Below, one piece after another: positions 37,525 through 50,824 of a stretch of DNA of 64,000 nt. The number at the start of each line of letters is the position of its first letter. Position 1 is the first letter of the stretch. Under the pieces are notes generated by a model. That model did no database searches and was not told the origin of the DNA. It was given only the letters and a program-made list of their open reading frames with translations. A program made the position numbers and the translations under genes. The stretch is from positions 3,938,211 through 4,002,210 of the forward strand of contig OZ316897.1 in assembly GCA_973895155.1 (NCBI GenBank). Direction: 5' to 3'. The DNA comes from Marsupella aquatica (Eukaryota > Plantae > Marchantiophyta).

Positions 37525-40500
37525 GGCTATCCCACTTTCTCGAATATGATAAACCAAGGCTCTGGAATAAACACGCCACATGTTTCTGGGAATTCGGTCA
37601 CGTGAGGAAACATTGACAGCAGATGTATGAGCAGGTAACACCATTTTCCAGGAATTTGCCAACACTGCTTTTGAACTGGGCTGGACATACTACTTCCAGT
37701 TGACAGCCCTAGTCGAAACTGGATCTCGAATCGTTTCTTTTTTGCCTAGAATGACTCTTTCGTGAAATAAAGGAAAAATCCTGGATTCCTGACAACTTGT
37801 GAATTCCTAGCATCAACTACGTAAAACACTTGTAGGTGAATACGGCTTGAAAGCACTTCTTGTACATGCAGATGATATGACTTTAATCCAATTCATTTTC
37901 ATGTTTGAGGGAAAATACCATCGGCTCAGCCAGTTAAACCATAAGTCCCGGAAGCTTTTTGTCGTCAAGTATATATGTAGCTGCCGCACTGTTGTTGTCG
38001 TAGGTGTCCTGAAAGCAGAGCTGTGAGCTCAGCTATGCTCAGCGTATGGTTTTCGGGGACAGTGGTCAACATCTTTCAAGCCCAGCCGGATTTTGGGGGC
38101 TCCCTGGGGCTAGTTCTTCACTGTATAACTCTCCTACAGGGGCTGTCTGCATTGGAAAGGTGGGTCGGGGTCTTGTGAGGGGGCCTCGATCGTCCTCCCC
38201 TTGTACTTGTCCTTGACTGTCTGTGAAGAGTGAGGAGGTGTCCTCCATCGCCGTCTGCTCCCTGGCCAAGGGCGACCAGTCTGGTGGGCGGGTTGAGGTG
38301 TTGGCTGCGTGATCTGTCTGTGTGTCCTTCCTCATATGGACGCGTAGGCGGGTTAAGTGGCTGAGCCTTCATGTGTCCATCCCAGGCTAAGGATTGGCAG
38401 TGAGAGAGGGCGCTTAGGGGCCTTAGTTGCACATGCCCCACGGCAGGGACATTGGCGTTGCTCTGACTGTGTTTCCCGAAGGTGTGGCCTACGCGTTGGA
38501 ATGCCTACTTCTTTTTCTTTTGTGCAACAAACCTTATTTTACCCACTAGAATCCACCATAAATTGAAGATTGATGGATCCGGATTTGCCACATTGCTCGG
38601 ATGTACTTTTGCAACGGAGATGGACTCCAGTGAAACACTAGGAATTATCTTTTGCAGCAGAGATCGACTCCGGTGAAAACTCTTTTCTGTTCATATGGTA
38701 CATATTTACACATATGAGGGATATGAGATGGACCAGTGAAAACATTAGTAAATGTCTTTTTCAAGAGAATTCGACTCCAGTGAATAACTCTTTTTTGTTC
38801 ATACTGTACATCTTACACAGATGAGGGAAATGGGATGGACTCCAGTGCAACACTAGAAAATGTGGCAAGAAACAAGTCAGTCATCTTTGAAAAATTGTTT
38901 AGGTTTGAAATTTGACAATGGTTTATTGGGAAGATCTCTCCAACGGTTTTCAAACAATCCCCTAAAACTAAGGTTCCTTTGATATGAGGGAGAAACTTAA
39001 TGTCAGGGTTAGCTTCTCAGAACCTTTTGGAAAAATCAGAGAGAACATTGAGTGATGGAGTAATCCTTAGAGATTTATTGCTCTCTCAATTCTCCATAAA
39101 ACCTCTTGCAAACCTGCATCTGACAAGTCTAAGAAAAGCCAATACAGTTGGATATCAATAGAGAAATTGAAGGTCAACTTTTGCCAATGAAAACCTTTTG
39201 AAAACAAGAAAGGTGTCAATGAATGAAAATGTAAACGGGGTCACAATCCATGAGGGTTGAATGGTTCATGGGCTGAATCCATAGGACAATTTTCAGTGGC
39301 AACTAGGAATGCAAGCGCAGTTGAAAGCCTCCAGCTCATCCCCGGTGCCAGGCCTTTACCCATTTAGGGTTTCTAGCCATTAGATGTCTGACATGACAGC
39401 CCTTTATGCCATTTGCCATGAAATCCTACACTATTCACCGCTATTAGTGCTATGCAAGAATTAGCATTGGTAAATTTTGTTTAAATTGATACAAAATTAA
39501 TTTTACTTAATTAAGTAAAATTGGTAAATCTTGCTAATTGAGTCCAAGTGATTTTGGGTCCACACTAACTTTTGCCAGTTTTTCAGAATAGTTTTTTTTC
39601 ACTTATCTAAATTTCTAGCAAACTTGGAAATATCTTGAATCCAAAGTAACACTAACTCTTGTGTATTTTTCATTATAGTTTTTTTCCCTCTATTTTTTCA
39701 CTCTTGACACCAGAGTAACACTAATTCATGTGCACAGAAATACCACGTAATGTGCTATATCCCACTTTCTCCAATATGATGAACCAAGGCTCTGCAAGCC
39801 ACTTGTTTCTGGGAAATCGGTCAAATTTGGGTAAACATTGACAGCAGATGTATGATCTAGTAACACCACTTTCCAGGAATTTGCCAACACTGCCTTTGAA
39901 CTGGAATGGACATACTTCTTCCCGTTGACAGCCCTTGTCGAAAGTGGATCTGGCTCTGGATTCTTTTTGTTTTTGCCTTGAATGACTCTTTCCTTATATC
40001 ACAATAAAGGGAAATCCTGGATTCTCTTTTTATGTACTGTCCCGACAGCTTGTGAATTCTTAGCATGAACTATGTAAAGCTCTTGTATGTGAATACGGCT
40101 TGAAAGGACTCCTTGTACATGCCCCAGATGATAGGACTTTAATTGATTTTCATGTTTGAGGGAAAAAGCCCAGATTATGTGATCGTAAGTTCGACATACG
40201 AAGTGACACCAAATTTCTTTGCGAATTTACAATGTGACACCAACTGAATTACACAACTATAGTTGTCTTACCGGAACTCAAGGGGTTTGAACTTTAAATC
40301 ACACAGTTTGAGGTGCTGAAACTGCAATTGGATTAGGCAAAGCAATGCTCAGAGTCAAGCAATATGAATCCAAGCTGGGGAGTGATTGGCCTGGCGATGA
40401 TTGCAAGGCAATGTACGTTTAGCGACGTGTGATTAGAATGCGCCGAACCGACGGAAACTATCGAATAGGAATTGCGTGGCTGGATGGGGCATGTTGACTT

Positions 40501-41105
40501 GCATGTACTGTAACCAGCTCTTTGTCTCTGGGTCGGACGTCGAATTTAATTTGAGTTGTGCAAATTTGACCGCAAGGGAAACTGTAGTGATTGAAATTGA
40601 CTCCCTACAAGAGTGGCAGCTGTAGTGCTGTACTTATTTCCTGCGGATCAGACAGTCAAACCACAAGTGCTGGAAACTAATCTGTGAGGTAAATATTTTT
40701 CTACCATACGACTGATTCTGCAGGTATCCTGAAACCAAAAGTTGGGATCTAAGCTTCCCCTAGTTACAGTCTAAACCAGTCCCTCCATCTGCGTAGGGGC
40801 TCTCGTAGATGGTCGACATAATATAATTGATATCAAATTCAGTTGTACAAGTTCGGCCGAAAGTGGTAATTTGAACCCAGCCCCTACAAGAGTTTCCTCT
40901 GGAGTAGAATTTATCATCGGCTTTCCTCTGGAGTAGGATTAGTCATCGGCTCGGACAGTAAAGGCATAAGTCCCAGAAACTTTTTACTGTCAAGTATAGA
41001 TGGTGCTGCCACAATGCTGTTCTAGTGTTCTCAGTAGGTGTCCTGAAAGCATAGCTGCGAGCTTGGCTTTGCTCAGGGCATGATCTTCGGGAACAGTGGA
41101 GACAA
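37525..41105. repeat. Diverged local duplication: 37525-38065 versus 39755-40165 plus 40943-41100
   Basis: Collinear matches include TATCCCACTTT..AATATGAT.AACCAAGGCTCTG, CCAGGAATTTGCCAACACTGC, GTGAATACGGCTTGAAAG and TAGGTGTCCTGAAAGCA. The second copy has ~770 bp of extra sequence. Confidence 0.75.
38617..38860. repeat. ~108-bp tandem repeat, ~2.3 copies
   Basis: GATGGACTCCAGTGAAACACTAG...TCGACTCC.GTGAA.AACTCTTTT.TGTTCATA..GTACAT..TACACA.ATGAGGG is repeated. Confidence 0.75.
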
Positions 41106-41475
41106 GTCCCTCCGACCCTCCTTCAGTCCTTCTGCTTGTGCTGCAGGAGTGAGGGGGCCCACCCTCACGAAATTCACCGCCAGGGGCTGATTGCATGCAT
41201 GGATTTGAGAGTACGACGACTCTCTACACTGTACTCGTAAGGACCGTTCCCGAGTGGTCCCTCAGTCCCTCGATGGCGGCCATCAATTGAGTCAATGGAC
41301 AGGGCCCCAACCCTCCCATGCAATGACACGTTTCCTGACCGTCCGATGCTGTATCATGTGTTTCCACGCGTTGATGAAGGGCTTCGACGCCTGTCCATCC
41401 GCACGCAGTGTTCCCGTGGGCTTAAGAATAATAATAATGGAATGCTGTACCACTACAGTCCGGAAGTGTCCGGAG

Positions 41476-41830
41476 ACGATGAATTGAATATATACCGATT
41501 CGTAAACTGAAGAGGTGGTTTTGTGTTTTGGAAAACGTTTTTACACTGATTGGTTACCACCAACATTTTCATGCAATTGTTTTTGTTTTGTGTTATGGTT
41601 GTCATTCCGTATCACTGTTTTGTCAAGAAAGGGTCACCAGTCGTACCTAATGATACAACGATGAGAATATACCTATTCGTAAACTCAAGAGCTGGTTGTC
41701 TTGGATTACGTTTTTACGTTGATTAGTTTTACACCAAACATTTTCATGCAATGTTTTTTTGTTTTGTGTTATGGTTGTCATGTGGAATCACTTTTTTGTC
41801 AAGAAAGAGTCACCAGTCCGAACCTAATCA
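41476..41830. repeat. ~180-bp tandem duplication
   Basis: ATTCGTAAACT.AAGAG.TGGTT...CATTTTCATGCAAT...TTTTGTGTTATGGTTGTCAT...TGTCAAGAAAG.GTCACCAGTC occurs twice. Confidence 0.8.
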
Positions 41831-43282
41831 ACCAAGTTTTCCCATACATACAATCTCTTATAAAACTAATGTCGAAATTGCACTAAAATGGTCACTATGT
41901 TGGGGGATAGGTCTGATGCATGACTAACTATTCTTGTGTTGTCAGTCCAAACATTTTTGTAATGTTTTAGTTGTTGGGGACTAAAATGATATTTTCTATG
42001 GAGTCCTCTTGTATGGTACTAAGGTTACTTGTGGGTAACAATCATCAGTTCTTGCTGCTATTCTCATAATCTTGTGTTCCATACTCAGACAACCTTTATC
42101 TGAAAAGCAAATTATGCACAATATTTGGTATCTGGGCAGGGTTCTAGCCTATAACCCTTTTTCCGGAATAATGAGTGGTTGCGTCACAGCCTAGTAACCC
42201 CCACCCAGACCCCGACCCAGACCTCAGTTATCTTCTGCGCAAACCATGCAACCCCATGGACTTTGACAACATTTAAGTCTTCCCGCATCAATGTCCTTCT
42301 GGTTTCTGTAAGGTTTTCTATAGCAAAGTTTGACCTTCAATACTTCCCTGATGCCCAACAGGATTTGCTTTGCTGGTGCTAGTTAGAAGAGGCTTGGAAT
42401 GATCCTTACAATGAGAATGACCTTTCACCTCCATGTATAAGAGACCTTTAATTAGAGCTTTCACCCTGGTTCCTCTGAAGATAACAAACAGCCTTAACAA
42501 TTGCCTCCTTTGTCTTGCTTTGTTAATAGTACGTGTTTACCAACCCTGGTACGTAAACCCCTCTTCTGAATCTTCCTTTGTGCCCATCTTTATATTTTCA
42601 TTGAAGCTTATGGACCATAAGCCCCTGGCCATTCTGGACTACGGATTCTGATTTGAATTTCTACTTACTGGTGCATGTCAGGGCCAACTCCTCCCAAAGC
42701 ATAGATTTTCATACTCATATGCACAATAACCAATTCTCAGTATAGGCTGAGTCCCCTTAGAGGACACTCATGTCCCCCTTTGCACATTTAGTGATGTGTA
42801 CCATTAGATCATCACATTATTGCAGTGATAAATTTTGAATTTATATTTGCGATCTTCGTTGAGTTTTCTGCTCTTTTCTTGTAGACCTCTTTTGCTTTTA
42901 ATTTATTGTCCCGTTTATTGTGCTTTGTTCGGACCCTAAATTGGTCCATTCCTTTTAATTATTTTTCCTGATATCTAAGACTAGATTTCAAAATTCCACA
43001 GCTTCGATATGCCCCACCAACTCCATTGAGAATCATACAGGAAGTAGGAAGGTAGGTGCTTTTTGGAGCGGAAGAAGACGCTTTACCTCGGTTTTAGGAA
43101 AAATCCTGTACCGAGTCACCTACAGTACTCTACAAGGCTCCTAGCATAATAATGCTACATTTACAAGAATTATAACCATCAATTGAGTAGGTTTTCTGGG
43201 GACGCTACTGATTGGTATCTTATGAGAATTACCTTACTAGGCTCTCAAACTTGTTGTTTTACATCGGGGGGGGTATGTTGTG

Positions 43283-43520
43283 GGAATAGAGCTGGTTTGA
43301 GATGCCCTAGTATGTTAAGGGTAAGATAATTTAAAACATACCTGAGGAAATAGGATGCATAAGTCCTAGACGAATCTCATGATAGAGTAAGAACCTACAG
43401 GGGAAGAGCTGGTTTGAGACGCCATATTATATTCAGGGTTAAAAAAATTAAAACATACCTTAGGAATTAGGATGCATAGTTGCATACGTCCTAGAAGAAT
43501 CTCATGATTAGAGTAAGAGA
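43283..43520. repeat. ~118-bp tandem duplication
   Basis: AGAGCTGGTTTGAGA.GCC...AAAACATACCT.AGGAA.TAGGATGCATA...GTCCTAGA.GAATCTCATGAT.AGAGTAAGA occurs twice. Confidence 0.8.
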
Positions 43521-44504
43521 TTGTCATCTCTCTGACATCTTGGGCCATGTGATTCATATCATTTGAGTGCACCTTAGAGTGGCGTCCGATGCAAGAAAGC
43601 AACAAGGTCCCACTGCAGTACCGCTCTGCTCACCTCACATTTCCAACCAACTTTAAGGTATCTCAGCCCTCAAGTCTGAACATCCCCGTCAATCCAAGTT
43701 TAGAGCTATTTTTTTAGCATTTTATGGCCCATTTTTTAATCTAAAATTGAACGACTGCAATAAAGATTCACCAATCAACGCCATTTGTAGTACCAAGAGT
43801 GGATGCTAATTGCATGGTGGTGTACTGGTGTGGGGTTTGAGAGTAGTCGCCCATACAAGGAATCAAGACTGAGCCGTTCGTGATGACAAGGCATGGGTGC
43901 AAGATAATCAATATTCAATATTCAATATCTCAATTCCTTAGGTGTTATCAGTGGAGTATAAAGTCTAGCCCATATGTAAAAGTTAGCCCGCTTTTCCGAG
44001 TTTCTTTGTGGGGGATGCGAGGAAGAGGGGAGGAAGAGGGGAGGAAACCCCACCCTAGAATAACCTTTTGGAGGGAAGAGGACGAGGAAAGGGGCAGGGA
44101 ATCCCTCCTTCGACCAATTTCAGCCTTTTTTAGTTGCATGGGAAAAAGGAAAGTGAAAAACTTAGTCTAATTACAGATCACCACTTTGCATGCAGCAATA
44201 GCCCAAGTTTTGAGGGACTATTATTGACCACAATTTCATGGAAACAATATTAAGTTAATACACTTTAATCCCTCAAATGTTTTTCACTCTTGTTATTTTT
44301 GTACTCTTTTTCTTCAAAAAATGAAGACTGGATGGAACTCCATATTGTCTGGGAAACCCCGATGGACTGGCACAGCCCTGGATGGACTTCTCCAATGACT
44401 GAAATATGACCTAAAAACAGTCTCCTTACCATTTTAAGCTTCAGTTATATTATTGATTGGGTGCCCTGGGTAGCTTGACGACCTTGAACCTCAAAGGCAT
44501 CAAG

Positions 44505-44633
44505 AGAGGCATGGCTCTGTGATAGTTCACTTGGGTTGAGACTCATAGATTTAGGGTTCAAATGTTGTGACTGAGTGTTCTATTTCTATGGGTTTTCACA
44601 AATTTTGCCTTAAAAAAATAATTTAAATAAAAA
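44505..44633 (+). mobile_element. tRNA-derived SINE-like element (uninterrupted copy)
   Basis: GGCTCTGTGATAGTTCACTTGGG (A box), GGGTTCAAAT (B box) and an A-rich tail are present. It is homologous to the split copy at 16695-16814 plus 32325-32355. Confidence 0.65.
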
Positions 44634-47433
44634 CCTTCAAGAAGTCATGCCATTAGTCAGGAACATTGCTTTTCAGTTAGTTTGATTTTTCAAATGTTGG
44701 GTGAAATAGTGATTATAATATTTGACCATCTTTGTGTTCATTGGAAATGGATTAAATGATTTCAAAGTTTGTCCAGCAATAGATTGGACATAGGAGAACC
44801 ACGCTAGAAAACTTTCAACTCAAACAGAAATAGAGAAGTTGTTCAAAGTTATGTCAAAAATAGTTGACAACTTTGACTATCTTGTCGAGTAAGTTGTCAA
44901 GATCTCACGGGGGTTTTGAAATGTGTTGCATACTCGGAAAGTTCATGATGACTCAGCAATTTTCTTGAGCTATAGGCTTGAATCTGTGATATGGGAGCAA
45001 TGGATTTCAAATGTATCCAGTTCATAGTCTGTAACTTTTTGCCCTAAAGATTGGTCATATGAATGCTATGACCACTAGTGACTCTAGAGGCTAATGAAAA
45101 AACTACATTTTACAGAACTTTGTGAAAAAACTAGGATCATTCAATTATGATCAAAAGCGAAGCTTTGAGACCCCCTATTAGCGAGTTCATCGAGGTCTCA
45201 CAGGACGAGACAGTGGGATTACCAAGGCACGAAGTCCATTGACACGTTTGCGCTTGAGCCCCGACACATTCAAGTCACAAGGCAAGTTGTCAAGTTGGTG
45301 TATGGCTGTGACTCGTCACCAAATCGAGCCCTTGCTGTAGACGTGTAAGCTCTGGGTAAGTCTAGTCTGGATCACGGCAGCGGACCCAAAGGGTAGAAAG
45401 TTGTTGAACTGGTAGAGAACAATCGAGTACATAGCACTATAGCAGGAACATGGAATAATAATAGATGCGTTCATGCCTCACCAGTGGGGCCGTCACGAAA
45501 CAGCGCGGACAGTCTTGTCACTGTTGCACTGTCTTTTACTCCTGCTACAGAACAAGCATTCGGAGAACGAAACAAAATGATTCTGTTGCTACACTGTTCC
45601 GTCACCTGGTGGGCTGGTGCGTTTCTCTTTGCACTCTCGATCTAATCGAGAGTCACGTCACGAATGTTTTTTCCGTTGTTGCGAATGGGAATGAACGTTC
45701 AAACCTCGCTTGCCAGTCGTTCTGAGTTACTGTATTTGTGAAGTGGTAAAGCAACAAAATAATGCCGGAAGGAAAGCGCAGAATCGTGAGGTTAAAGGGG
45801 ATCCCAGTATCTGCGGATCCCACAGATGGAAACGAATTGAACAGCATCGATTGTTTGTCAGCGGTTCGATCGATGACTTTTGGTATGATCTTATCGCAAG
45901 GGCAATCTCTTGAGCGGAGTCTGGGTTGAATTAACTCAACATGATGGTGAAAATTGCTGCTGTTTTGCTGCAAAGTACAAGCTGAGCGTGGAAAGTGTCA
46001 GAATTACTGAGCTGCCAAAGCTCAGCTTTCACATTATTTTGATGACCGACTACTTTACCGCAGAAATACAAACGAGAGCGGCATGAGTGCAAAACAGCAA
46101 GTACTAGCCCTCGAACCAATTCTACCAGTTCCATTGACACTGTGAAACCCCCCCGGCAGTAAATCAGGAATCTGTTTCCTTATCGTTTCGTCGCATGCTG
46201 ATCGGCAGAACTATACTGAACTGTTCAGTAGAGCTTAACAGATAGAAAAGGGATTGGAATGGAGGGTCAAGAAGAGAGTATTATGGAACCAAAGCTGGGC
46301 ACGGATTGGAAGGAGCGGCAGAGCCTGTTATCGTATCCTCATCCGGTCTTCGTCCCCGATTTCCCTTTCCGCGGCGGGATGTGGGCACCGAAATTGTCGA
46401 AGGGATGCCTCGTCCAAGTCTAGTGTCAACACGGGAAAGCAGAAGCGTTACTTATCACACAGGTAGTGGCCGGGTGCTTGGAGGCGACAGGGTGTAAATG
46501 AGATGGAGGTGTGCATGGCTCCAAGTTATGGAAGGCTGCCTCTAAATTACTATTTCTCTCGAGTCATTTGTTCAACTCTCGAGATTCCTCCAGAGTTGTA
46601 ACCGGACTTTCGGCCTGATAATAATTATTCCTTAGTGTCTGATTTGTGTGCAATACTCCTCGTTTTGCCGTGAATACTGTACTTTCGAATTCTGAATCAT
46701 TCCATTCGAGAATGATGTATAACTAAAGAATAGCAAACAGTACGGAGAAATCCTACTCTATTTGTCGCACTGATCTTGGTGGTCATACCCAACCATTTAC
46801 ATGGACAAGAGTGACAGTCTCTCCCGTACTCAAATCTTGGCCAGGATTGAAATCAGGAGACGATTTCTTCTACACTGACAGCGATGTGATTAGTACAGGA
46901 TTCAGGCATTGATCAAAGGAAGGCTGCAGACCTGCCACACACTGAGGAGGCGGGATCGGGATCGATGCCACATCCTCTGTTGCTGTCTTGTTGCCTTGAA
47001 AGATTTTCGATGCCAAAACTCTATGCCTTCGACGGAAGGGCCATAATGCCAAAAAGCCTCCCAAAGTCATTATACTTCGGAAATTTCCCATACACAAACA
47101 GGAGAATGTGACTAGCAATCAGCCATGACAAACACTTGTCGAACTCCTTAGCTTGTTCCATTGCGAGCATGGAATGACCCGCGATACGCAAGATAACAAT
47201 CTGTCAAGAAGTGACTAGAATCATAGCAAATAAGACAGAGCACTAGTTCAGTGTTTACAACCCCACAAGATGTCACGAGTTTATTCTCGATTTTAGAGTA
47301 CCGATATGGATACATGTCAGGTGCTGCATTACACATAATTTGAATTACATGTAGATGATGTGAAAGAAAATTATGTACATACTGACGTATTTCAAAACAC
47401 CTGTTAGATCAAGGGTTGAACATTCTATACGCG

Positions 47434-47435
<2 letters not shown>

Positions 47436-47466
<31 letters not shown>
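47436..47466. repeat. (CT)n microsatellite downstream of the TPR gene
   Basis: About 15 TC units. Confidence 0.95.
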
Positions 47467-47469
<3 letters not shown>

Positions 47470-47791
47470 GCTCTCCCTCTCTCGAATCGACTTCGTCTGA
47501 AGAGAGGATTGAGAAGCTGTAGTGTCTTCGGAACCAGCGTGCCCATGGAGGCCAGGGCAAGGTTCATGAATATACATGCACGCAAACCCATGATTGAGCA
47601 ATACACGGGCAGGTTTGGTGTTGGGCGGACTAATCTAAACCCACACAAAAATGCCCCTCTGATTAAACATTCCCGTCGCATCATCACTGTCAACTCTTCA
47701 AAAAAACCATCAAGATTTTCTCCCCTGGCTCTTCGGCACACTCCTTCCGTGATCTAAACACAAAGTTCTTCGATCCGTCGGCGCAAATAAG

Positions 47792-50224
47792 TTATAATGC
47801 AGGCTGAAGGTGGCCAGATAAATCCTCGTCGTCGTCACCGTGCCATAAAAAATGGGCATAGCTTCCGGTGTGATATGGGTTTGTAGGATCTATGGAAATT
47901 GCTTCGCGGTATGCTTTCTCCGCCCTTCGACGATCCTTGAGCCCCAACCATAGAAAACTTGCCCACCGTGCCAGAATGTCTCCGTCTTCGCAATCCACTC
48001 TCAAAGCTCGATGGAAAAATGCTTCAGCTCTGGAAAATGAAGGCAATGGAGACAATCTCAGCTAACAGATTCATACGTCATGCGGGTAATCACATGCAAT
48101 TAAGCTCACTAGAAGGAGATGACAGGGACCCAATTATATTATGGGATAGTACAGAGCACTCAGAGTGCGATCACTGCATGTTGAGTAAAACCCTACTACT
48201 TTTGACTCACGACACAAACATCAAAACTCTGAACACACATACCTGACGTTATCGTGGCGTACAGCATAAAGGAACTGAGCGCAATTTGCAAGCAGCATGG
48301 GATTAGAAGGCTCGGCTGTGATAGCGTGCTGGTACTCGAGATCTGTTCGGTCAAAGCAGGCATAGGCGTCCGACTCCATCTTCGTCGCCACAGGCGCCAC
48401 TAGTATCCTCAACGTCTCCTGATCCAACTGAACGTGGTGATAAGGTACTCCGGGTTTCAATTCCAATTCGCGCACTGTTTGCTCCAAGAGACCCCGGTAC
48501 GAGCGAAGCTGTCCATTGCTTCGGAGCTCCCCCTCGGTCGGCGGTTGCCCTGGACCTGTCCAAGCTCTACTCGAACTCTTGTCATCGCTCACGCCCGGTG
48601 ACTTCGGAGAAAATAGTGCTCCTAGAGATTCTCTCGGCAAAGTCCCGCGGCCTCCCGAGCCGAAATCCGCGGAGTCAAAATCCTTCTCAGAGAACATGGC
48701 ATTTCTTCCAGACCCTGCTCCAGAATGGTAGGAATCGCCGTCCTCTCCACCTGCAACGATAATTGATCCCCGGCCGACTCCCCCTGGCCCGTAGTTTCCA
48801 AAGCCATGTCCGGAAGAATCACTGGGGATGGGAGAAGGTTGGACAGATCGGTCAAATCGAACAAACGACAATCCCCTCCACCTATCGGTTGCTTTAGCAC
48901 CGCCACCCCTCTCGACCTGGGTTTGCAATGTCGACACGAGTTCCGTGGGAGGATCCGGCGCCATAACAGCGCCCATGGCAACGCTACTTCCAAGAGAAAA
49001 CACTGTGAAGTTGACTAGGAGGATCATCACGGAGACCATTAACGTCGGCGTGCAAGAAAATACTTGCTGAAAAAGCCACACGAATGAAGCATGCATCTCC
49101 CTGTTGACCATCGACATAAGATGCTGGACATTCATATCTGAAACCAGAGTTTGGCGCAATTGAAGAGTGTAACTCTGCAGCTCCCGAATCATGAAAACCA
49201 TAGAATTGAACGCCTTGTTTATAGCACAGACTCCTTCCCTTCCTCCCGCAGCCTGTGAACTATTTCTCTTGCGCAAATTCCGTAGAGAGTCTGGAATTGA
49301 TGTGCATTGCCCTGAAGCTCCGATACCTAGAGGTACCTTTGCTGCCCTGCTGTCAAGGCTGTGCACTCGCATTGAATCATCGTCTCCGAAGCTGCACACC
49401 TTCGCCGTCTTGCGCTTCAACGACGCAGGCCTCGAGATGCTGTTCACTCCGTCCAGATGCTGATCCACGAAGCTCAAATCCACTCTGTTGGACGTTCCTG
49501 CTCCTCCTCGAGGATGATGGTCGCTTCTGTCCATAAACTGCCTGTCTTTGACAAAACTAGGGGCCGTCACATCCACAGCTGATGACGCTTCGGCACCTGC
49601 GGTAGAAGCAGTACCCGACTCGTTTTCTCTCGTCCTACCTTGAGACTCATATCGAGCTGACTCGCTTCTCGACCACCCTGCTCTGCCGCTCTCCTGTAAA
49701 GAAGGGTTGATAGGTTGAGCAACATCTACATCTAACCGCTCAAAACCTTGGTAGGATTGCTCCGAGGTCTCACAAAAGTCCTGATCCGGTCTCCTCCATC
49801 TATCTCCAGGGAAGTCATCGAAGCGAGTGGCACTCGGCATCAGCCCCCCGGCCTCGGATTTCCATCGAAACAAGCCCGACGTACAACCCTGTTCGGGAAA
49901 TCCTAGGCACGACCTCAAAGACTCTGTCCGTCTTAGATTTGAGGAAGAGGCCCCCCCCCTCAGGCCTTTCTCAAAGCTCCGCGAACCCAGGCTAGGAAAC
50001 CCGGGTGGAGGAGCCCCTCCATCTGCACTCGCTCTATGGGAAGCTTGCTGCCTCCGAGATGACGACCCGCGGGAGCTGGAATCAGATGAATCTGAAGAAC
50101 GACGTGCACAAGGATTTCGCTGACCATCAACCACAGCATCAATCAACAGACAAGGACGCGAGACGGGTCGGGGAGAAGACCCTGAGAGAAGTTGCCATTG
50201 AGCCGGTAGAGCCTCCAAACCCAT
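47792..50224 (-). CDS. Plant TPR-like superfamily protein (At1g07280/At2g29670-like), 739 aa, 2 exons (50224-48243, 48029-47792)
   Basis: The conserved block KAFNSMVFMIRELQSYTL...EMHASFVWLFQQVFSCTPTLMVSVMILLVNFTVFS is present. C-terminal TPRs (YQHAITAEPSNPMLLANCAQFLY, AEAFFHRAL, AEKAYREAISIDPTN...YAHFLW) are joined by a GT-AG intron at 48242-48030. Confidence 0.9.
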
Positions 50225-50806
50225 ACTCTAGCTTTTCCGACTCAAGTCCGATTGTAGTTGCGAAAGAGAAGCCAATGTGGCTTCAACGCCCACGTCACCC
50301 GGTCATTCCAGAAAGAACTTCGTCAAAATTTCCTTACAAATTTGCAACACGACATGAATTCAATATAGGGCTCTCCTCTCGAGAGATGTCGTTACACAAG
50401 ATCATGAGCAGAATCCATCTTCAGGTAAAGCAACTGAATCCCATTCCTCCTCAGCAGCACTGGAGAAGGGGGTCCGGGCTGGTGTCCTCCGAGCTTCGAT
50501 CTCGCTCTTTTCGCCTATGAACTCCTAACACTGCGCAGTGACTTCTCAGCCCCTGCTATTCGTAACAAGGACAGCGTACCAATTCCACCTCCTGCTCTAC
50601 GAATTTTCTGTAGTACAAACGTAGTGACAACGTTTTCGCCTCTCGCGCTCTGAAAACCGCCGTCCCAGAAACCCGACCTCCCGAAATGTCAAGAAGCACT
50701 GTCCAGTGAAGTCACCGAATAAAAAACCCCCAATCTCGCACTCGCCCACTCACTCAACTCACTCACCAGCTCGCCTGACCTCGGGCAGAGATATCGAACC
50801 AGCACG

Positions 50807-50824
50807 ATATATATCCCACGTGGC
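50807..50824 (-). promoter_or_regulatory. Candidate core promoter of the TPR gene: G-box/ABRE (CACGTGGC) abutting a TATA-like ATATATAT
   Basis: ATATATATCCCACGTGGC lies ~590 bp upstream of the ATG. Motif match only. Confidence 0.35.

Noticed and set aside
45400-47350. Several 60-106 aa ORFs or a possible miRNA locus
   Set aside because: No recognisable protein motif, conserved plant miRNA or clear long hairpin was seen.
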